Made by a program: the position numbers and the translations under genes
The notes under the pieces: model-generated
Seen by the model: only the letters and a program-made list of their open reading frames with translations
What the model was told of the DNA's origin: nothing
Databases searched by the model: none
Shown: positions 17,784-24,999 of the stretch, one piece after another
Layout of the letters: each line of letters begins with the position of its first letter
Position numbering within the stretch: position 1 is the first letter of the stretch
NCBI RefSeq assembly: GCF_000020025.1
Contig: NC_010628.1
Span: 6,510,001-6,542,000, forward strand
Direction of reading: 5' to 3'
Origin: Nostoc punctiforme PCC 73102
GTDB lineage: Bacteria; Cyanobacteriota; Cyanobacteriia; Cyanobacteriales; Nostocaceae
DNA: 32,000 nucleotides

Positions 17784-18365
17784 TCAAACGTTTGAAAAGT
17801 CGATATTTTCGTAAAGTTCTGCAATTTGAATTTGCAACTCAAAGGTATTCAAAGAAAGGGTGACAGTTGGATCGTCGTATTCTGAAAATAGCCACTGATG
17901 AGCGGCTGTTTTGACATGATGCTCAACGTGTATGCGATATTGATCGATCAGCAAATATTCTTGAAAGGTAGGAATTTGACGATAGGCAACAAATTTATCA
18001 CCACGGTCATAGTTTTGGGTGGACTTAGACAACACTTCAGCGATAAAGCAAGGGTTCACCACGGTATCTTTGCGTCCAGTTTGAAGTTCTAAGGGTTTGG
18101 GCAGAACCATCGCATCAGGGTAAGTATAGAGATTTGCATCGGGAATCCAGAGTCGTTGATCCAGGATAAATACACGATAGGGCTTTCCCCGCAATGCTGC
18201 TTTCAGGATAGCCACAAGGTTGCTGGTAATATCATTATGGTCTGGGGTTCCACCAGTCATTGGAATAATTTCTCCATCACGGTATTCGTTGCGGATGTCT
18301 GAGGCGATTTCAAGTTCTAAATACTCTTCAACGGTGTAGTGTTTTGTCTCAGGTTGAGCAATCAT
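17784..18365 (-). CDS. Uma2-family (DUF820) PD-(D/E)xK putative endonuclease
   Basis: YTVEEYLELE...EYRDGEIIPMTGGTPDHN N-terminus, then YPDAMV ... IAEVLSKST (D...ExK-like) typical of Uma2. The ATG at 18365-18363 overlaps the TGA of the upstream specificity domain (ATGA). Confidence 0.9.
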   Translation of the reverse strand: MIAQPETKHYTVEEYLELEIASDIRNEYRDGEIIPMTGGTPDHNDITSNLVAILKAALRGKPYRVFILDQRLWIPDANLYTYPDAMVLPKPLELQTGRKDTVVNPCFIAEVLSKSTQNYDRGDKFVAYRQIPTFQEYLLIDQYRIHVEHHVKTAAHQWLFSEYDDPTVTLSLNTFELQIQIAELYENIDFSNV

Positions 18366-19291
18366 GTCAGTTTTACCCCCAAGGCTTCAAGTTGCTGGTT
18401 TATCCAAATTGTAGCTGTCGCTTCATCGGTTTCTATTGCCCGTTCTACTCCTGTTTTAGCAATTTCTAGCAGTTGTTTGGATTTTAGTTTTAATGAAAAT
18501 GATGATTTTATCTTCTCAGCAATCTTTTGCTGCTGATATTTTGGTAAAATTGGAATTAACAAATTGGCTAAATCTGGTTGAGAAATACTATAGTAAGCCA
18601 CACCATGAACTCGATGTTCAACCTGTAAATAACCAAATTTGGAATTCAAAAATAAACTCACATACTCTGGTAAAACTTCTTGTCTAGAAACTGAAGTTAA
18701 ACGTACAAGCATAATTTCACTACTTATAATACCGTTAACTTCTAGTTCTGTAACAACTGCGGAATTACCAAAACTACCTTTACGGGTAAAAATAATATCT
18801 CCGATTTGTAGACCTACAGACTTATCAACATTAGCCATCGTGATGGGAATTTTTACGGCACTTTCAAAATTAATCTGTCCGTTTTTGACATCACCAACAC
18901 GAATATAAGGCGTTCCTTCCTCGGTATACTCTCGATAGTCAAAACCGTTTTGAATTGGTTCTATCAATGAACCTAAGTTTTGAGATAGAAAACCACAATC
19001 TTTAATAGCTTCTTCTACTTGATCGTATTTTGGCTGGTAATATTCAGCGTCGAAGCGGCCAGAGGACAGGAACGACTCAGCAAAACTCTTGACGGCAACG
19101 GTTTCTTCCGTGGGTTGCCAGTCCTTCAAGCCAAGCTCCGACAACAGCAAATCCTCAGCTTGTTGATAAATGAGTTTGCTTGTATCTACTTCTATATGTG
19201 ATTGATCGACTAATTTCTCAATTAATTGCTGAAATAAGGTAGAGAAAATCGGAAAGAGAATATTCTTTAAGTAGTATGGGGCTAGTTCAGG
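18362..19291 (-). pseudogene. R-M-S fragment 5: central conserved region plus target recognition domain 2 (HsdS-like)
   Basis: Same frame as fragment 4: PELAPYYLKNILFPIFSTLFQQLIEKL...LSELGLKDW...GRFDAEYYQPKY...HGVAYYSISQPDLANLLIPILPKYQQQKIAEKI. ORF track 18362..19150 is the part after a TTG. Confidence 0.8.
18381..18478 (-). repeat. Copy A: native 3' end of the specificity domain (inside the coding sequence)
   Basis: Encodes KQLLEIAKTGVERAIETDEATATIWINQQLEAL. Reference copy for repeats B and C. Confidence 0.85.
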
Positions 19292-20458
19292 CTATACCCC
19301 TCCATACATCCCTTTATTAATCTGTTCTCTGCCATAAAAAGTATTTAGAAAAACTGCCAGAAAAGACTGGCTGATTTTCTTATTTCTTAGTATGAATACA
19401 TGAGATAATGCAATTGCTTCAATCTCTCCTTTGAAAATCAAGGTATCACCAAAATTTGCACCAGTTATTGTGATAAGGACATCGTTCTTTTGAATAATAT
19501 TTTTAGATAACTTTGCGGCATCTTCTTCAGATATATAAACTTGATTCGATAGGTCAACTCTTAGCGGACGCAAATTTTGAGTTCTAAAAAATAGGACTCC
19601 TGATGAGTCATCTTCTACATATTCTCGTTTGATTTCCGTTGGGTGAATAATTATAGGTTGAGTAGAACTTAGCCTTGTATGTGGCAAAGCTTTGATTTCA
19701 GCCTCGACTTGAAAGTATATTCTCTTAAAAAACTCACTGTCAAATCTAAAATGAAGGTTATGATCAAGAGCCTGATTTAAGCTCACTTCAACCGCTTCCA
19801 GCCCATCCATTAACTGCTGATACTTCACAGCATCAAACGGTGTAACAGATGGGCTGAGTTCAAAAAAACTGAAGTTCTCCTTTTTGGCAAACTCAATAAA
19901 CGCTTCCGCAATACCGTCTTCTGTCTTTCCTTCGTGGTTATACAGGTCGTGATCCACCACTAAATGTTCGTGATTATCTCGCAAAAAATCACCCTCTACC
20001 CCAACGACTCGTTGCACCGGAGAAGGCGGCATCAAGTCGCTGAGTTCATCATCGGGCGGTGAAGCCGTAGACGATGAAATCTTGCGCCAAATCTTGTCTC
20101 CAGAGTTATCCTTCCCTGACTTTCGCATCGTGGCAAAAAAGATATTGTAGTCATCCTGTCGAGGGCAGAGTGCGCCTGCTTTGGGGTCGTCGTTCCATTT
20201 CTGCACAAACAGCACTGAGGTTTTTGTGCCCGTGTGCGGCTTAAAGGTGTTGCCATGTAGTCCCACCACTGCCAAAATTCGGCAGCGTTCTGCAATAAAA
20301 TCTCGAATGTTCTTATCGGAAGAGTTGTTAAAGCGTCCTTGGGGAAGTACGATCGCCATTCTACCCCCTGGTTTCAAAAGACTTGTCGGGAAATAAGAGA
20401 GAATAGACAGCAGTGGTAGGGAAGAATGATGCTGAATATTGAAGGTGCGCTGAAGCAA
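19292..20458 (-). pseudogene. R-M-S fragment 4: methyltransferase C-terminus fused to target recognition domain 1, ending at an in-frame TAG
   Basis: The first 27 codons of the track ORF are IS-end read-through. Genuine sequence starts at KPGGRMAIVLPQGRFNN (20375-20373, just below the 20376-20378 TSD). RFDSEFF opens an HsdS-like TRD. TAG at 19292-19294. Confidence 0.8.
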
Positions 20459-21381
20459 GACCGACTGTTGAGGGCATTAACTGGGTTGAACCGGAAAGCA
20501 TTTGATGCCCTTTTGCCCACGTTTACCACGATGTACCTAGATACTCAACAGGCCAAGCCTCGTCAACGTGGCCTGGGTGGAGGACGCAAAGCCCGCTTAC
20601 TTACAGCCCAAGACAAATTGTTTTTCATCCTTTTCTATTTCAAATGTTATCCGACCTTCGATGTGGCGGGACTGCTCTTTGATATGCATCGCTCCCAGGC
20701 ACATGAGTGGATGCATCGATTGCAGCCAATATTAGAAGCGGCTTTGGGACAGAAGATGGCGCTGCCGGAACGCCATCTCGAAAGCATTGAAGCATTTTTG
20801 TCACGCTTTCCAGGAGTGCAACGAGTGATGATTGATGGGACAGAACGCCCAATTGCGCGACCTCAAGAAAGAGAACAACAACAACAGAATTACTCCGGTA
20901 AAAAGAAACGTCATACGCGTAAACACTTGGCGGCAGTTGATGAAACCAAACGGGTCTTGATCTTAAGCAAAGCACGAGAAGGCAAACTGCATGACAAACG
21001 TTTTCATGACGAAGATGACATTGCAGGTAGTGTGCCTGATGAAATTCCGATTGAAGTAGACTCGGGCTTTCAGGGATTACAGAAGCAGTATGACAATCTC
21101 CATCTTCCTCACAAAAAGCCCAAAGGGGGCAAGTTAAGTGACCTTCAAAAAACGGAGAATCGTCAATTGAGTCAATCCCGTGTAGTTTGCGAAAATGCCT
21201 TTGCTGGTGTGAAGCGCTACAACGCCGCCAGTGTCATTTATCGTAATCGGATTGAAAACTTTGATGACCATTTGATGCTGACCGCAGCAGGATTATGGAA
21301 CTTCTACTTGATGGCTGCTTAAGAGAATCCCAATTACAAGACCAGCATTGCCTCACTTATCTTTTATTTCCCGACAACTCT
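20379..21381 (+). mobile_element. IS element, 1003 bp (IS5-family, DDE_Tnp_4/Harbinger-like transposase)
   Basis: Terminal inverted repeats AGACTTGTCGGGAAATAA / TTATTTCCCGACAACTCT (1 mismatch). 3-bp duplication AAA at 20376-20378 and 21382-21384. Excision restores NLDFLKPGG in frame. Confidence 0.85.
20426..21322 (+). CDS. IS transposase, apparently intact (298 aa)
   Basis: N-terminal HTH-like LTGLNRKAFDALLPTF. DDE-type core with MIDGTERPI, YSGKKKRHTRK, VDSGFQG and VVCENAFAGVKRY. Confidence 0.88.
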   Translation: MMLNIEGALKQDRLLRALTGLNRKAFDALLPTFTTMYLDTQQAKPRQRGLGGGRKARLLTAQDKLFFILFYFKCYPTFDVAGLLFDMHRSQAHEWMHRLQPILEAALGQKMALPERHLESIEAFLSRFPGVQRVMIDGTERPIARPQEREQQQQNYSGKKKRHTRKHLAAVDETKRVLILSKAREGKLHDKRFHDEDDIAGSVPDEIPIEVDSGFQGLQKQYDNLHLPHKKPKGGKLSDLQKTENRQLSQSRVVCENAFAGVKRYNAASVIYRNRIENFDDHLMLTAAGLWNFYLMAA

Positions 21382-21384
21382 AAA

Positions 21385-21482
21385 AAGTCCAGGTTGCGCT
21401 CAATAAACAAAATGTCGCGCCCGACTTTGCTTTGCCACTTGCCATCCGGCTTTTTTGCTAGGTCATAGCGGGCAATCATGCG
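21385..21482 (-). pseudogene. R-M-S fragment 3: about 33 codons stranded between the MITE and the IS
   Basis: Own translation gives RMIARYDLAKKPDGKWQSKVGRDILFIERNLDF. It continues NPPFAGDIKEP upstream and KPGGRMAIVLP downstream. Confidence 0.75.
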
Positions 21483-21489
21483 CGGTTCT

Positions 21490-21621
21490 GATACTGTTGG
21501 CGAAAGTGTTACAAACGCATAAACAAAAGTGTTACAACTAAAAGCTGCAACGGCAGATTGAAGGTTTGAGCTTACATAATACTTTCAAATACAAGTATGT
21601 ATTACATTCGCCAACAGTATC
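21490..21621. mobile_element. 132-bp MITE inside the methyltransferase coding region
   Basis: Perfect 15-bp terminal inverted repeats GATACTGTTGGCGAA (21490-21504) / TTCGCCAACAGTATC (21607-21621). 7-bp target duplication CGGTTCT (21483-21489 and 21622-21628). No ORF. Confidence 0.8.
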
Positions 21622-22764
21622 CGGTTCTTTGATGTCCCCCGCAAAGGGCGGATTTGCCATCAGCACATCAAATTGAAACTCTCGATAGTCCTTGCTGTTT
21701 TTTGGTCGCAGCCGTTTGAGCCGTTTGAAGCCCTCATGGTAAATGTCATCCCAGTCATCTTGCTCGGTGACTTCATCCCACAGTTCATAGTCCAGGGTGT
21801 TCAGGTGCAACACATTCGTCTGCCCATCACCCGCAATCAGGTTCAGCGTCCGCGCCACCCGCACCGCCTTTTCATCAAAGTCGATGGCAAACACCTTGTC
21901 TTCCACATACTCTTTGCACCGGGGCGGCTTATCTTCCAGCGAAAATAAATGACTCGCTGACAATCCCTCATCATCTAAAATCTGCCGCCAGACATGAAAA
22001 ATCGTATGCACCGGAAACCCCGATGACCCCGCAGCTGTATCAATCATGTACTCATCCTCTTGCGGATTGAGCATTTTCACGCACAGATCAATTACATAGC
22101 GCGGCGTAAAAAACTGTCCCTTTTCACCCTTGCTGCTCTGGTTGATCAAATACTCAAATGCTTCATCGATTACATCCAGGTTGGAGTTAAACAGCTTCAC
22201 ATTTTCCAACGACGACACACAAACCGACAGGTGAGACGGCGTGAGGCTAATTTTGGCATCCTCACTAAACACCCCTTCCCATTTCTTCTTAGCCTTGTCG
22301 AAGAGATCCTGAATCTTAGTTTTCAGCGCGGCTTCTGTCTGTCCCGTATTGCGAAATTCTAGAGAACGGGTCGATCGCCTGTTGCCCTGCCCAGAATACC
22401 ACTCATCATAGAGCTTGGTGAAAATCAGCTTAAACAGTTCCTCAAATACATCTACCCCAGCATTTGCTAGCACATCATCTTCCATTTCTTCGATTAAGGT
22501 CTTGAGGGATTTATTCTCTTTCACCAACTTGTCATTGGCGATCAGGTCTTCTAGGGTAAACTTGATCTGGAGAATATCTGCCAGGGTTTGATTTGCATTG
22601 GGCAGCCCCGGAATGTCTTCAAAATAATTGGGGTCTTTGCGCTGGTAGTAGGAAATTTGATCGCCATTCGTCCAGACTGCGATCGGCGAACCTGTGGCAT
22701 TACAGTAAGAGCGCAGCTGGTCTTTCCCATCCTTCAGCTTTGGCTTTTTTAGCTCCACGAGCAT
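21538..22764 (-). pseudogene. R-M-S fragment 2: rest of the nuclease motif, HsdM-N-like region and methyltransferase motifs; the 3' end reads into the MITE
   Basis: VELKKP; QFFTPRYVIDLCVKMLNP; motif I IDTAAGSSGF; motif IV NPPFAG. After ...DIKEP the ORF enters MITE sequence (DTVGECNTY...). Confidence 0.8.
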
Positions 22765-23089
22765 ATAAACTGTGTTGGATGGAACGGTCTTTGTCCATCA
22801 CCACGATGTCTGCCCGTTTCACCTCTCGCCCAAAATTCACCCCATACTCAACCTGAATGCGACCGAGGGGATAGTGCAAGCGATCGCTCAAAACCCGTAA
22901 ATATAGTTGCCGGATTGCCTCCTCTGGCGTTAGCTTAATCGCCTTTTGGCGCACCAAACAAACTGTATAAGGAACATCACCGTTTTTGGTCGCCTTGAGA
23001 GTAATTGTCTGCTCTAACTGCTCAATTTCAGCGATCGCAAACTGCGACAGCTTATAATTTGAGTCCTTGAGGATATCGGCTAATTTCAT
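22700..23089 (-). pseudogene. R-M-S fragment 1: N-terminal HsdR-N-like PD-(D/E)xK domain up to the frameshift
   Basis: ...GREVKRADIVVMDKDR, then the frame is lost near 22775-22790. The other frame continues TVPSNTVYMLVELKKPKLKDG, so the D...ExK motif is split. Confidence 0.75.
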
Positions 23090-23195
23090 CAGGGGCTATC
23101 AAGTTGACTCTAAGGGCTGCTTCGTCATAAGAGTTTAGCGCCATTGTAGTCACGCCTGATAATTTTTTTAATTCTTTAATGGCGCGCTTCCATAC

Positions 23196-23238
23196 AAAAA
23201 GAATCTCAATCTAGTTACGTAGCGCTAGATTGAGATTC
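23196..23238 (-). terminator. Rho-independent terminator of the GGDEF-EAL gene
   Basis: Perfect 14-bp stem GAATCTCAATCTAG / CTAGATTGAGATTC with a 10-nt loop. Followed on the minus strand by TTTTT (plus-strand AAAAA at 23196-23200). 49 nt after the stop codon. Confidence 0.8.
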
Positions 23239-23286
23239 AAGTGGCTGTCGAGATCAGTGCAAAAGTGTGATTGGTTGTAATGGCTT

Positions 23287-24999
23287 CTATCTTGTACTAA
23301 TCTCCATCTGCTGAGAACTTTTCTGCAACATCGGGGCAATTATATCAGCAGGAACAGGACGACTGAAGTAAAAACCTTGACCTTCATCACATCCACGCAT
23401 TTTTAAATATTCAAGCTGTTCTTGGGTTTCCACACCTTCGGCTGTGATTTTCAAGCGGAGGCTCTTTGCTAGGGCAATAATCGCATTGGTGACGGCGGCG
23501 CTATCAGGATTAGACATGACATCCTGCACAAATGACTTATCAATTTTGAGCATATTTACAGGAAAGCGTTTCAAATAATTCAGGGAGGAATAACCAGTAC
23601 CAAAATCGTCTAGAGCCAAGCAAATACCCAGTTCTCGTAATTGTTTTAAGGTTTTAACTGAACGATCGATATCAGCCATCAAAAAGCTTTTTGTCACTTC
23701 TAGTTCTAAGGAAGATGCTTGGAGTCCAGTTTCTTCAAGAATTTGGTTGACAATCTCAACCAGATAGGGTTGTTCAAACTGTCGAGATGACAGATTTACA
23801 GATATCCGAATTGGGGTAAATCCAGCAAGCTGCCAAGCACGGGTTTGGGCGCAAGCAGTTCGCAAAACCCATTCACCAATTGGTACGATCGCACCATTGG
23901 CTTCTGCAATTGGAATAAACTTTACTGGAGAAACCAAACCTAATGTTGGGTGCTGCCAGCGAATTAATGCTTCCATCGCTATAACTTGTCCGCTATGTAA
24001 ATCAATTAGAGGTTGATAATAAACCAGCATTTCACCACGCTCCAGCGCTCCATGTAATTCATTCTCTAAAGTCAGTCGTTCCTGTAACTGAGCATTAATT
24101 TCTGGCGAATAGAATTGGTATTGGCTACGGCCTTGCTGTTTGGCCTGGTAAAGCGCTATATGAGCCTGTTGCAAAAGTTGAGCTACGCTATTAGGATCGG
24201 TTAGGTTATTAAGTGTGATACCGATACTGACAGTAATATGAATCAAGTTACCTTCTACAGAAAAGGGTTTACTCAGGTTACTCAACAGCACCTGAGATAG
24301 CTTAATTACGCTTTCCAAAGAATGAATATCCATTCGGGCAAGAGCAAATTCATCTCCTTTTAAATAGGCGAGAACATCTGTTTGCGCCGTGCAGTCTAAT
24401 AATCTCTTGGCAACTGCTCTTAACAATAAATTTGTTGTCTGATGATCCAACCCATGACTCATACCAGTGAAATCATCAATACTGAGCAAAAACACAGCTA
24501 CAAGGCGCTGGTTGTTTTCAGGTTGGGATAAAATCTGATGGAGGCGATCGCGGAATAGATCACGATTGGGCAATCCAGTCAGGTCATCATAATTAGTGAT
24601 TTGGTGAATTAACTCATCTAATTTGTGAAGAGTTTGTGAGGTATCTGCCATCAACGTACCCGCTTCATCAGCAAATTCTGTGGGCAATTTAGGCAGTGTT
24701 TTGGTGTTCAGATAATTTTGTAATGCACCAGATGTCAAAATGACCGGTTTGAGGAGATGGTTTAGCGCATAGAGGGTGACAGCTGTACCCGCCAATGTAG
24801 CCAATAGAGCAATAATTATAACTCGTGCCGCCATCCCAAAGGAATAGGAATTTGAAATGACGAAACTCAAAAGTAAGGTTAGAAGTGGTACATGGGTACC
24901 TAAAAAAGCCACCAACATGATTTTAGCGGTGTAACTTTTTTTGAGCCATCCAAAATTAGCTAGGAACGAGTACAAGTACAAGTTTTGATTAAAATTCAT
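23287..24999 (-). CDS. Membrane-anchored GGDEF-EAL protein (degenerate cyclase motif, intact phosphodiesterase motifs)
   Basis: Two N-terminal TM helices. DDLTGLPNR ... KGDEF in place of GGDEF. EALIRW, DDFGTGYSSL, KIDKSF, EGVET and QGFYFSRP. Confidence 0.9.
   Translation of the reverse strand: MNFNQNLYLYSFLANFGWLKKSYTAKIMLVAFLGTHVPLLTLLLSFVISNSYSFGMAARVIIIALLATLAGTAVTLYALNHLLKPVILTSGALQNYLNTKTLPKLPTEFADEAGTLMADTSQTLHKLDELIHQITNYDDLTGLPNRDLFRDRLHQILSQPENNQRLVAVFLLSIDDFTGMSHGLDHQTTNLLLRAVAKRLLDCTAQTDVLAYLKGDEFALARMDIHSLESVIKLSQVLLSNLSKPFSVEGNLIHITVSIGITLNNLTDPNSVAQLLQQAHIALYQAKQQGRSQYQFYSPEINAQLQERLTLENELHGALERGEMLVYYQPLIDLHSGQVIAMEALIRWQHPTLGLVSPVKFIPIAEANGAIVPIGEWVLRTACAQTRAWQLAGFTPIRISVNLSSRQFEQPYLVEIVNQILEETGLQASSLELEVTKSFLMADIDRSVKTLKQLRELGICLALDDFGTGYSSLNYLKRFPVNMLKIDKSFVQDVMSNPDSAAVTNAIIALAKSLRLKITAEGVETQEQLEYLKMRGCDEGQGFYFSRPVPADIIAPMLQKSSQQMEISTR

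Larger units (their letters stand above)
18362..23089 (-). pseudogene. Single-chain R-M-S restriction-modification gene (Type IIB/AloI-like layout), disrupted four times
   Basis: After removing the IS plus its TSD (1006 nt), the MITE plus its TSD (139 nt) and 1 nt at the frameshift, and reading through one TAG, the fragments join into one frame of 1194 codons including the stop. The order is a PD-(D/E)xK domain, a gamma-class N6-adenine methyltransferase, then two HsdS-like target recognition domains. Confidence 0.75.

Noticed and set aside
15156-18478. The three S-domain 3' copies could form a phase-variable hsdS shufflon.
   Set aside because: All copies are in direct, not inverted, orientation. 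The downstream copies carry no target recognition domains, and no site-specific recombinase gene is present in the island.
17660-18536. Plus-strand ORFs 17660..17863 and 18339..18536 share a near-identical peptide (SSCW-IQ-VAVASS...IARSTPVLAI), which could suggest a small paralogous gene family.
   Set aside because: They are antisense shadows of repeat copies B and A. The shared peptide only reflects the repeated DNA. The minus-strand reading (AKTGVERAI...ATATxWI) continues a recognisable HsdS C-terminus.
20032-20396. ORFs 20032..20295 (-) and 20181..20396 (+) inside the methyltransferase C-terminal region; similarly 21673..21948, 22060..22362 and 22593..22856 (+).
   Set aside because: These are alternative-frame or antisense shadows of a GC-richer coding region whose main frame carries clear methyltransferase motifs.
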